Shown here piece by piece: positions 22,658-34,460 of a DNA stretch of 35,403 nucleotides. Location: contig NC_068992.1 of the NCBI RefSeq assembly GCF_001194135.2, positions 48,144,277-48,179,679 on the forward strand. Direction: 5' to 3'. Both the position numbers and the translations under genes were made by a program. The notes under the pieces are model-generated. The model did not search any database. It worked only from the letters and a program-made list of their open reading frames with translations, and was not told the DNA's origin. Every line of letters begins with the position of its first letter. Position 1 is the stretch's first letter. The stretch is from Octopus bimaculoides. Lineage: Eukaryota.

Positions 22658-22927
22658 ATGGACATTTATGTGTTCCTTGAGGTCTGCTTGTACCCCACAA
22701 ACCTTATGTCGAATGAAACAAATTGAGGACTCAGTTTGCTTGAGTACTTGTGGATTATCTACTATGTTTACTATGTGTTTTCTTGAGTGGATGGCAAGGC
22801 CTGCTTTGCTTTGTGCCAGAAAACCACAATCAAAGGTAAGGTTTCCATTTAGAAGAGCAGGATTTTGCCCACATGCCTTCATGTTTGCACAAAATTGGTT
22901 CTGATGTTGGAGTCGACTTTGCTCAAA
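22658..22927 (-). pseudogene. Probable C-terminal remnant of an RTE-type LINE ORF with two broken C2H2 zinc fingers
   Basis: FEQSRLQHQ...TFDCGFLAQSKAGLAIHSRKH...CFIRHKVCGVQADLKEHINVH. Both fingers keep x12-H-x3-H spacing but each lacks one Cys; no TGEKP linkers. FE..R followed by SxAGLxxH resembles RTE ORF2 ends. Confidence 0.55.
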
Positions 22928-23868
22928 TCTTTGCTCATACATATGTTATACATAAATGAATGTTTATATATATATATATATGTGTATGTTATATATATAT
23001 ATATATATATATATATATNNNNNNNNNNNNNNNNNNNNNNNNNNNNNNNNNNNNNNNNNNNNNNNNNNNNNNNNNNNNNNNNNNNNNNNNNNNNNNNNNN
23101 NNNNNNNNNNNNNNNNNNNNNNNNNNNNNNNNNNNNNNNNNTATATAAATTTAATACGTATTTTCATATATTTGTATATATATGTGTGTGTGTGTGTGTG
23201 TTTGTGTGTATAAATTCAATATATTCATATATTCATATAATCTGAGTAAATACATATATATATCAAATTTAAGATTTATGTACAAATATATATAAATATA
23301 TCTGTATATGCATTTTCACACACACACACACAGAGTGTAGGAGGGAGAAGGTGGGGGAAGAGAGAAAGAGAGGGAGTGAAAGATAGAACGTATATATATA
23401 TGACTAGACCTGTTTGTTTATTTTTCATAGAACACACACTGTGAGTGTTGATTGCTAAATTGCATCAAGCTGTTGATATCAGCAGGGCACCCTGAGCATT
23501 GCCGTGTGTGTGAGTGTATGTATGTACACATATATAAGTATGTATACGCACCCATTGCTGCAATCCACCCAACTGTATGTAACTGGTGAAAGTATGCTGT
23601 TCTCTTCTGCTTCACCACTTTGGTGACATCACTACTCTTCTTACTCATATTGCTGTATGCTGTTTAGTTCCAATGCTTATGAATTTGAGCTGAGGTTTTA
23701 GTCCATTAGAATATAATGTGAGTCTACAGGATGTAGATAAGGTAATCTTGGCTATATAACTCTTGACTATGCAGATAGTCTTATGGTAACCTCTTCTCAA
23801 ATTCAAATACACCAGAGATGGTGGTTAATTAGACTTAACTATAAATATATAATACTCTCTCTCTCTTT

Positions 23869-24084
23869 CTCTTTTACTCTTTTACTTGTTTCAGTCATTT
23901 GACTGTGGCCATGCTGGAGCACCGCCTTTAGCCGAGCAAGTCGACCCCAGGACTTATTCTTTGGAAGCCTAGTACTTATTCTATCGGTCTCTTTTGTAGA
24001 ACCGCTAAGTTACAGGGACGTAAACACACCAGCATCGGTTGTCAAGCGATGGTGGGGGGACAAACACAGACACACAAACATATG

Positions 24085-24122
<38 letters not shown>

Positions 24123-24170
24123 CGACGGGCTTCTTTCAGTTTCTGTCTACCAAATTCACTCACAAGGTTT
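23869..24170 (-). mobile_element. SINE family A, well-preserved copy truncated by a gap
   Basis: ttttactcttttacttgtttcagtcatttgactgtggccatgctggagcaccgcc... nearly identical to 35166-35403; internal (CA)/(TA) tract. Confidence 0.85.
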
Positions 24171-24974
24171 NNNNNNNNNNNNNNNNNNNNNNNNNNNNNN
24201 NNNNNNNNNNNNNNNNNNNNNNNNNNNNNNNNNNNNNNNNNNNNNNNNNNNNNNNNNNNNNNNNNNNNNNNNNNNNNNNNNNNNNNNNNNNNNNNNNNNN
24301 NNNNNNNNNNNNNNNNNNNNNNNNNNNNNNNNNNNNNNNNNNNNNNNNNNNNNNNNNNNNNNNNNNNNNNNNNNNNNNNNNNNNNNNNNNNNNNNNNNNN
24401 NNNNNNNNNNNNNNNNNNNNNNNNATATTTAGAACATGTGTGTCTGAAAAATTCAAAAATGAAAGCACTTACACACACACAGTATGAAAACATCCTTCCA
24501 AAATGTTTGTGTCGTTTGGTCTTTGAAAGACTTTTTTAAATAGTTGATAATTTTTAAGGAAATCTTTTGTTAAATTTGACTGTCTCAAGTAGTTTTTGTA
24601 AAATCTCATATATAAATATATATTTAGTGTGAGAGAGAAAGGGAGAGAAGAGAGGGTGAAGAAGTGTATATATATATATATATTGACTGAATAGATGGAT
24701 AGATTATGTAAGAAGTAGATGTTAACTGGATAAGTTGACACAGTGTCTGTGTTCTGATTGGATAGTGAGATTGTTATAATGTCACAATACTGAGTGAATT
24801 GAAAAACATACTGTGTAGGCGGTGACTGGATAGGTAGATATATTGTATCACTGCTGACTGTATAGAGAAACAGTGTGTTGATCATTTCTCAATGAGAAAA
24901 TGTTGGACTGGATAGATACAGCTTGTAGATGCTAACTATCAGATAGGTAGACAGATTTAGTATCTTTTATTTTT

Positions 24975-25315
24975 TCATCTTTTTTATCTTTTACTTGTTT
25001 CAGTCATTGGACTGTGGCCATGCTGGGACAGTGCCTTGAAAAATTTTTAGTCTAATGAATCAATCCCAGAATTTATTTTCTCTTTTTTAAAGCCAAACTG
25101 CTATGTTACAAGGATGTAAACACACCAACACTGGTTACCAGCTCACCTCCTTTGGCTTCTTTTAGTTTCTGCCTACCAAATCCACTCACAAAGCTTTGGT
25201 TGGCCCAGGGAAGGCTACAATAAAAGACACTTGCCCAAAGTGTCATGCAGTGTGACTTAACCTGGAACCATGTTATTGGGAAGCAAGCTTCTTACCACAT
25301 AGTCACACCTGCACC
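24975..25315 (-). mobile_element. SINE family A, decayed near-full-length copy
   Basis: Tail (tcttttacttgtttcagtcattggactgtggccatgctgg), body and head (aagcaagcttcttaccacatagtc) all present. Confidence 0.75.
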
Positions 25316-25599
25316 TAACTATGTTGATGTTGATTGGAAAGAGAGACATAGTGTGTGGATGTCGATTGGATAGACACAATAAGATGTTGAATGGATACTA
25401 CGCAATACACAGTGTGTAGGTGTTGCCTAGACATACAGATAAACAGTGTAAGTAAATGATGGCTGTGTAGATACTTATTGAACATCGTTGTTAAAAGAAT
25501 AGAATCAATGTGTAGGTGTTGATAGATACGCATCTCACTGAAATTAATCGTTCTCTTATCAGCTCTTTCAGTGGTAGAAGTTCTTTCATCCTATGAGTT

Positions 25600-25910
25600 A
25601 CAAAATGACCTCACTAATGCCAGTGGCATGGGGAAAGCACCCAGTACACTCTGTACAATGGTTGGCAAGAGAAGTGTGTCCATTAGTAGAATCCAAGTCG
25701 AAACTGAAACACTGGAACAAGACATAGTATTCTGAATTTTTGGATTCTCTCAGACTTTCCAAATCATGGAAAATGTGGAAAGCGGACGCAAAGTCAATGT
25801 GTAAAGCGGATGCAAAATTATGATGTCAATGATGACAGTGGTGGTAGTGGTGGTGGTGGTGGTGGTGATGATGTTGATGAGGGTGATGATGACGATAATG
25901 ATGATGATCG
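25600..25910 (+). mobile_element. Highly decayed RTE-like tail
   Basis: gccagtggcatggggaaagcacccagtacactctgtacaatggttggc...ggaaagcggacg and a (GAT/GGT)n end. Confidence 0.5.
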
Positions 25911-25957
25911 TTGTTGAAATTTATGTAAGATTTCACAGATTTAGGTACTGTGTCATA

Positions 25958-26380
25958 TTGTGTGAACGTTAACTGCATGGACAGTTATTGTGTGAACATG
26001 TTAACTATATAAATAGATATTGTGTGAACATGTTAACTATATAGATAGCTACTTTGTGAACATGTTAACTATATAGATAGCTACTTTGTGAACATGTTAA
26101 CTATATAGATAGCTACTTTGTGAACATGTTAACTATATAGAGTGTGAACATGTTAATTATATAAATGGATATTGTGTGAACATGTTAACTATATAGATAG
26201 CTACTTTGTGAACATGTTAACTATATAAATCGATATTGTGTGGAACATGTTAACTATATAGATAGCTACTTTGTGAACATGTTAACTATATAGATAGCTA
26301 CTTTGTGAACATGTTAACTATATAGAGTATGAACATGTTGACTATCTAGATAGATAGTGTGTGAACAATTTAACCATATA
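25958..26380. repeat. Minisatellite, about 14 units of 32 bp (with 24-bp variants)
   Basis: Unit gtgaacatgttaactatatagatagctacttt; starts at 25992, 26024, 26056, 26088, 26120, 26144, 26176, 26208 and onward. Confidence 0.95.
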
Positions 26381-26932
26381 GTTAAATAATATATGAAAGC
26401 ATATTACTAAATAGATATTAATATATTTTAAAGATTTAGATAAGAATTGAGATATTACACACTTATTCTTGTTATTTTATCCCTCAAATTTTGATTTTGT
26501 TTAATTTCACTGTAGCATGAAAGAAAATCTAATTGCTCTGAAATGTTTTAAACAGTAAACTCTATATACTTAAAGTTTTTTTAATAGTAAACTGTATGTA
26601 CGTAGATTATTTTTGAGCAAGTTCACTGACTAATCATGACACCAGTGCCTGGCCTAGCACTGATTTTCTATATATTACTGGTGAAGAGATGAGTCACTGG
26701 TATCTCTAGTGGTCGAGCATCCATCATTAACAAGATCAAGGAAGGTCAAAATCACATGATCTGGTAGTCTTGACACTGGCAACATAAACAAGAGTACATT
26801 TTGCACAAAAAAGCCCATATGAGAGTTTCTCTCATGATATCTACTGGAGTATAGTTTGTTCTAATAGTACATCCACATTTACTGCTTCTGTCACAAATAT
26901 ATATTTCTATATACAAAATATTTTGAGTAAAT

Positions 26933-26986
<54 letters not shown>

Positions 26987-28597
26987 NNNNNNNNNNNNNN
27001 NNNNNNNNNNNNNNNNNNNNNNNNNNNNNNNNNNNNNNNNNNNNNNNNNNNNNNNNNNNNNNNNNNNNNNNNNNNNNNNNNNNNNNNNNNNNNNNNNNNN
27101 NNNNNNNNNNNNNNNNNNNNNNNNNNNNNNNNNNNNNNNNNNNNNNNNNNNNNNNNNNNNNNNNNNNNNNNNNNNNNNNNNNNNNNNNNNNNNNNNNNNN
27201 NNNNNNNNNNNNNNNNNNNNNNNNNNNNNNNNNNNNNNNNNNNNNNNNNNNNNNNNNNNNNNNNNNNNNNNNNNNNNNNNNNNNNNNNNNNNNNNNNNNN
27301 NNNNNNNNNNNNNNNNNNNNNNNNNNNNNNNNNNNNNNNNNNNNNNNNNNNNNNNNNNNNNNNNNNNNNNNNNNNNNNNNNNNNNNNNNNNTATATATAT
27401 ATATATATATATATATATGAGTGTGTGAACAGTAAACAGTGAACAGTGAACCATAGGCATGGTCTGAACACTGAATTATATATCCAGTTATCTTTTCATG
27501 CTAAATATATTTCTTGATGATGGAAGACTGAAGATTAAAGTGTGTTGACAGATGGTTGTATGGCAATAGTGAGAGTCAGTGGAAGCGGTATGGTGGATGG
27601 GGGGAGTGGCAGCAGTTGTGGTGGTGATGGTAATGATCATGGTGATGACGGTAGCATTGGTATTGTCTTGATGTGGTGCTGTTGGTGTCATTGATAGTAA
27701 TAACGGTTGGTAGTTGTAGTGGTGGTATGGAAGTGAAATGGCAATACATGGCGGATAATGGTGATAATTATGATGATGGTAATAAAAATGATGATAATGG
27801 TTGTGGTAGCATGGTTTTGGTGTGATGCTGTTGCAGTGATGGTGATGATAGTAATGGTGATGTTACTGCTGCTGTTGTTGTTGTTGTGTTGGTGGTAGTG
27901 GTTATGGTGGCTTCATACAAGGCAAAAAATTTGCGATGGAATAGAAGCTGGATTTCTTGAAATGAAAAACCAGAATGAAAGAAGAAAGAATTTGCAACAA
28001 ATCCCTACAGTTAACTGATTATTCAGCCACTTAAAATCAATTCTCTGTTCTCTATCAGATGGTTTTCTTGGTGTTGCTACCTGCTTATCTAGTATTGCTA
28101 ACCAATTCTCCCAAATGTTCTCTATACTCTTCATATCTCTCTACCTGCAATTGCTACCTCCTTCACACCATTGTTGCTATTTTTTCTTTCTCTACAATTA
28201 TCAAATCACCGTCTTTAACAAGACAATTTTCTCTTTAGTGTTGTGAACATAATTTCTCATATATATATATATATANNNNNNNNNNNNNNNNNNNNNNNNN
28301 NNNNNNNNNNNNNNNNNNNNNNNNNNNNNNNNNNNNNNNNNNNNNNNNNNNNNNNNNNNNNNNNNNNNNNNNNNNNNNNNNNNNNNNNNNNNNNNNNNNN
28401 NNNNNNNNNNNNNNNNNNNNNNNNNNNNNNNNNNNNNNNNNNNNNNNNNNNNNNNNNNNNNNNNNNNNNNNNNNNNNNNNNNNNNNNNNNNNNNNNNNNN
28501 NNNNNNNNNNNNNNNNNNNNNNNNNNNNNNNNNNNNNNNNNNNNNNGTGTGTGTGTGTGTGTGCGTATGTGTGTGTGTGTGTGTGTGTGTGTGTATA

Positions 28598-28738
28598 CAG
28601 GGTGTGATAGGTAAATTGTCACCATTTTATATTTTCAATTTCGCACGTGCACATTGTTTGTTTTTGATTTTGTTGACTACACAGTGTAGTTGGGTCAGTT
28701 GGGCACCATCTGAGGGAAAAACAGCACCATGATGCAAT
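28598..28738 (+). mobile_element. 5' end fragment of a Tc1/mariner-type DNA transposon
   Basis: TA (28596-97) followed by CAGGGTG..., a mariner-type terminus inserted at a (TG)n/TA tract, then about 130 nt of unique leader ending cagcaccATG; no transposase or right TIR seen. Confidence 0.5.
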
Positions 28739-29418
28739 ATATACATACATTTACATACATGCAAACGTATATGCTTACAAATATATATATATTGGTGGGG
28801 GAAGTTTCTTTAGAAACAAGGTATCTGTCAATCAGATGTAGAATGGTTTCAAGTAGTTTCATTTTTTTTTTTTTACAAAATTTCTGATGATTTGATAATA
28901 TAATTTGATTGTGAACTAACAAATTATAACACTTGGTAAAAACAGACATTTTCATTAATGAAATCTGTGTAAGAATACATTGACGATACATAAAATCTTA
29001 TCTCATTTCTTTCTACACACACACACACATACACACTAGATTGCTTTCGACAGGGTGTGGTAAAACTATGCTTGTTCATATTTCGATCACTTTCACATTT
29101 CTGCTGCAGTGTTTATAAATATAATAAAAGTACAATATACACTGCCATTTAAACATCATGCTGAATATATACACACTATATGCTGTTATTTAAACACAAG
29201 GCAGTATATACATGTAAAAATATGATTCGTTGAAGTTCACATTACTAAATACAAAACATTTAATACACCCTATGAAACTATCCAGTAAACACCCTGTTTT
29301 AACACCCAGCGTGTCTGATTACAAGACCTGCAACATTCAACACTCAGTCTGATCCATGAAAAATTCTTCTGTTATTGATATTGTTCTTGATGTTATTATT
29401 AATATTTTTATTATTGTT

Positions 29419-29788
29419 AAGGCAACTCATTAACATGCCAGGCAAAACACTTAGCCGTATTTCGTCTGCCTTTACCTCCTGAGTTCAAATTCCACCAAGG
29501 TTGACTTTGCCATTCGTCACTTCAGGGTTGATAAAATAAATACCAATTGAACACTGAGTTTGATGGAATTGACTTACCCCCACTCTCCTGAACTTGCTGG
29601 CCTTGTGCCAAAATTTGAAACCAATATTATTATCACTGTTATTACTATCTTCTTTCAATTTTGTTTCCATTTCTTGCCGAGTGTCTTCCCAACACCTAGG
29701 GCAAAGAAACCCACTGTCTACATTGGTAGGCCATTAAAATTATTATTATTTTTATTGTTATTATTATTATTATTATTATTATATCATC

Positions 29789-29820
<32 letters not shown>

Positions 29821-30200
29821 TATTAAGGTGATGAACTGTAGAATCATTACCGTACCAGACAGAATACTTAATGGCATTTCGTCTGTTTTCATGTTCTGAG
29901 TTCAAATCCCCCTGAGGTCAACATTGCCATTCATTTATTCAATGTCAATAAGAAGTAACAGTCAAGTACTGGGATCTATGTAATTAATTAAGCTTTCCCA
30001 CCAAATCTTATGCCTTGAGCTTATATTAGAAACAATTATTATTATTATTTTCATTACCGTTGTACTAAATGCCTTGCAATATTTGTTCTGGGGCGTTAAG
30101 TTCTAAGATCAAATCATGCCAAGGGTTATCTTGCCTTTTATTTTTTGGGGATCAATAAAATATTGAACCACTCAAGTACTGGGTTATATATAATCAACTA
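29419..30200 (+). mobile_element. Three head-to-tail copies of SINE family B separated by (ATT)n tails
   Basis: Copies at about 29419-29625, 29824-30035 and 30056-30200 share ttct(g/a)agttcaaat...aggt...ttgcc...ataaaat...agtactggg; B-box-like gagttcaaat. Confidence 0.7.
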
Positions 30201-30374
30201 ACGAAAATTAAATATAAGTATTTACATAAAACTAAACTACATACATCATCATCATCATCATCATTTTAATGTCCCCTTTTCCATGTTTGCATGAGTTGGG
30301 TGGAGTTTCTTTAGAAAGAAACAAGGAGAGAAAAAAAAAAAGAATGTGTAGTGGCTAGTGATCTATCATGGCGA

Positions 30375-30530
30375 ATCAACTTTTTCAGTTTCTGTCCACC
30401 AAATCAACAGATAAGTCTTTGGTTGGTCTTGGGCTATAGTTGAAGACACTTGCCTAAAGTATCATGCAGTGGGATTTAAACAAGAACTATGTGGCTGGGA
30501 AGCAAACTACTTGCCACACAGCCATACTTG
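30375..30530 (-). mobile_element. SINE family A head
   Basis: ttttcagtttctgtccaccaaatc...gaagacacttgcc...gggaagcaaactacttgccacacagcc. Confidence 0.7.
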
Positions 30531-31083
30531 TGCCTATACATCCATACAACCATCCACCCAACCATCCATCCATCCGTCCATCCATCCATCCATCCATCCA
30601 TACACACATACATACATGCAAACAGATAAGTGACATTTCAACAAGAGGAATATAAAAGGAATTAAAACTTTTGCTATGCCAGGTTAAAATAGTTGGCTGT
30701 TACTCAGCCATTTTCTCATTAGCTTGCGAATGTATGCAGTCTTAAGAATACACAGATTCTAATATTTCAAGTAGGTTCTTCACCATTTATTTTTCTAAGG
30801 AAAATCATGCCCTGCCATCCCCATAACCAAACCACAAAATTCTTGTCTCATTCATGTGACATGAATTTATTTAACTGAAACTTTATTGTTTTTTCATCAT
30901 GTTCTACAGTCATTTATTTAAAATAGTTACAGTTTTTAGTTGGTTTTTATTTTTTTTATTTTCTTCTTTTCGTTGTATTCTTTATTCATGCTTGACATTC
31001 TTAAAGAATCTGAATGTTGCTATTTTGGAGCAATAAAGTAATTCAAAGAATACAGAATGGTAGCAGCAGAGATATATACTTAC

Positions 31084-31135
31084 ATATAATGATTGCAAAT
31101 TCTAATGGTTAGCACTATGTAAAAGAATGGCTTAC
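31084..31135 (-). other. Candidate 52-nt minus-strand exon whose first bases form a 5' splice site (AG|GTAAGC)
   Basis: Minus strand cttttgtctttcttttattttatag|GTAAGC...cattatat|GTAAGT; one open frame (G)KPFFYIVLTIRICNHY. Confidence 0.35.
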
Positions 31136-31510
31136 CTATAAAATAAAAGAAAGACAAAAGAATTATTAATGACAATGTAGAAAGTACAACAGGTGTATGT
31201 AAAACACATAAGCATATATATGTATATATGTGTGTGCTTGTAATACATACATATCTATATATATGCAGACACACACACATGCACATTCACACAAAAGCAC
31301 GCACACATATAGTGTAAATACAATGAAGAATTAGAAAAGGCCAAAGTTTAATAAAGAAGGTCTTAGCTTAATGTTTGAATAGAAAGAGAAAGTAGTGTAA
31401 CGTTTCAGAAATTAGTGCTTCGTCATAAGAAAGATAGAATCATAGAGGAAAGTGTGAAAGAGAAACGGTCAGTGAGTGAAACCTATATATATATATATAT
31501 ATATATATAC

Positions 31511-31765
31511 ACAATTGCAGCATGGAAGGTGTTTATAAGCCATTTAAGAAACACACAAAAATCGTTAGATTCACTTGAACATTTAAATTTAATTTGCCAA
31601 AATATTTACGTCACTTTGAGACCGCGACCTGTTCACCGACAAAATTATATGCAGCACAGAATTTTGTCAATGAACAGGTCGCAGTCTCAAAGCACGGAAT
31701 TTTGTCAGTGAACAGGTCGCTGTCTCAAAGCACGGAATTATAAACACCTTCCACGCTGCAATTGT
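31511..31765. mobile_element. Fold-back repeat element: 28-bp outer inverted repeats plus inner inverted arm and tandem 38-bp units
   Basis: 31511-31538 versus 31738-31765 (one mismatch); tttgagaccgcgacctgttcaccgacaaaatt (about 31615-46) is inverted to two tandem units starting at 31660 and 31698. Confidence 0.85.
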
Positions 31766-31820
31766 TTTCGTTCCAGCACACGATCTCAGATCAGGTTGCT
31801 TGCAATGCAAGTACATCTCC

Positions 31821-31899
<79 letters not shown>

Positions 31900-33263
31900 G
31901 GAGACATATGCACATATATATATATGTATATACACACACACACATACATATGTACACACACACACACACACACACATACAACGAGAGAGAGAGAGAGGTT
32001 AATAGATTAAATAGTAAAACATCTACCAACGTTATGGTTATGAATAGACTGTAAAAAGAAAGAGTTTACATATGTCCACTGTTTCTCAATATACAGCATA
32101 ATGATGGCTTATATACTCGTATCACTTACACAGAGTATGCTCCATCATACATTTAAAACACACACACACTTGCACACACATACACACATGGATGCATACA
32201 CACACACACTCACTTACACACACACACGTTCTTTTCTCTTGCTGCTATATTTGTATATTATACATTGTAGATGGAAACAGCCAGGAGGACAAATACTGCA
32301 ACAACAGCATTTTACTTCTGTATGAGCGTAAAATTGAATGGAAAAGGAAAAGATCTCGATGATAGAAGACACAGTTAGATATAATTTACTCTTGAAATAT
32401 AATCCATACTATATACATGTAAATATGTGCATATATATATATGTGTGTATGTATGGATATACATATATATATGTGTATATATGTGCATGTATATGTATAT
32501 GTACACATATGTATCTACATATATATGTGTGTGTGTGTGTATATATGCATATAGATACATATATGCATATGTGTGAATCCATACATACATACATACATAC
32601 ATACATGTGTGCATGTGTCTTTACATCAATAGCACTGAAGTTAGAAAATTAAATATCAATATAGATAAAAACAAGGATATTGAAATATTAAGTTGTTATA
32701 AAAATATTTAATAGTGCTGATATTTTTGATTATAAAAAACCTTTTACGGAGATTTAAGAGAACTATATAGAAAATGAGAAGTTTAATTTTCTCTCTGTCT
32801 CTCTCTGCAGAGAGAAACAGAGAGAAAGAGGAGTAAAGTGAAGTTTCTCTTTCTCTACACACACATGTACCTTTATAAAGGGGTTTTTATACTCGAAACA
32901 TCAGAACTCATTAAACATTTTTCTAATAACTCGATACCTTTGTTTTTGCTCTTATTAATATCTAATCTGCTGAGTAAGTTTGCTTTAGCCTAGTTTTGAT
33001 TCTTACATATTCCAATGTGTGTGTGTGTGTGTGTATAAATATATACAAATACACATACAAATGCACACACATATATGTATTTATATATACATTGCTTTGA
33101 TCATCAGTTTGTACTAAGCCTATGCTTGAGGCAATAGCATGGTAGCATATTTTCAGTTCTACCAATATCCTCCTGTTAAAAGCATAAGCATCAGGCTTGT
33201 TACATCAATGATTGCCCCTCTCCTTCTCTGTATATATATAAATATGCATGTATATAAATATGC

Positions 33264-33331
<68 letters not shown>

Positions 33332-33627
33332 CTCATACACATAAATATATACATGTACATATTTATATATAAATATATATATATATATGTGTGTGTGTGT
33401 ATACATATATGTATGAATAACATATATGTATAACATGTATGTATGCATAACCAAGCTTCTATTCTAAAGTACAAATTAGGTTTAAATGTGACATATTTAA
33501 TCTATTAATACTCTGAAGTAGATAATATTTTTTTTTCTGTTTGCTTGTTCATTTAGTTCTTTGTACATCATTTACATATGAAATATCTCTTAATATCCAG
33601 AGAAGTTTTATTTCAGTACTATACGGC

Positions 33628-33982
33628 ACTGATGTGGCTGTCTGGTAAGACATTTGCATCATAGTGACATGATTCTGCGTTTAGTCTCATTTGGACAAGT
33701 GCCTTAGGCCAACCAAAGACTTGTGAGTGGATTTGATAAGTGGAAACTGAGAGACGTCTATTGAGTATATTGTGTGTGTGTGTTGGTGTATCGTTGTGTT
33801 TGTCCCCCACTATTGCTTGAGAACAAGTGTTGGTGTGTTTACATCCCCATAACTTAGTGATTTGGCAAAAGAGACCAATAGAATGAGTGCCAGGCTTAAA
33901 AAAATACGTCTTGCGGTCAATTTGTTCTACTGAAACCCTCCAAGGTGCTGGAGTCAAATTGAAGCAAATAAAAGATAAAGGA
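33628..33982 (+). mobile_element. SINE family A, decayed full-length copy
   Basis: Head gtggctgtctggtaag, central gagtggatttg...ggaaactga, (TG)n, body, and tail aagcaaataaaagataaag. Confidence 0.75.
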
Positions 33983-34017
33983 TGTAAATATATGTCTTTG
34001 TGTGTGAGTGTATATAT

Positions 34018-34460
34018 ATCATCATCATCATCATCATCGTTTAACGTCCGCTTTCCATGCTAGCATGGGTTGGACGATTTGACAGGACTGGTGAACCAGA
34101 TGGCTACACCAGGCTCCAATCTGATCTGGCAGAGTTTCTACAGCTGGATGCCCTTCCTAACGCCAACTACTCCGAGAGTGTAGTGGGTGCTTTCACATGC
34201 CACCGGCACGAAGGCCAGTCACACGGTACTGGTAACGAGTACGTTCAAAAAGGTGTTTTTTACGTGTCACCTGCACGGGAGCCAGTCCAGCGGCACTGGC
34301 AATGACCTCGCTCGAATGATATTCTAATGTGCCACCAGCACAAGTGCTAGAAGGCAACGCTGGTAATGATTACGCTCAAATGGTGCTATTTACGGGCCAC
34401 TAGTACAGAAGCCAGACAGCTGCTCTGGCAATGAACACGCTCGACAGTGCTGTTAGTGCT
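34018..34460 (-). mobile_element. RTE-like retroposon 3' region, longest copy, with internal subrepeats
   Basis: (CAT)n then reverse complement of 738-880, followed by repeated cac(c/t)(a/g)gcac...gccagt / ctggcaatga units. Confidence 0.8.

Noticed and set aside
25958-26380. CRISPR-like array
   Set aside because: Units are contiguous with no unique spacers, there are no cas genes, and the context is eukaryotic.
27990-28140. Minus-strand DMKSIENIW resembling the Tc1 DLNPIENLW motif
   Set aside because: A stop lies two codons upstream, SP is absent, and there is no other DDE context.
29049-29297. Small mariner-like MITE bounded by acagggtgt/acaccctgt
   Set aside because: Only 9 bp of inverted match and no TA target duplication.
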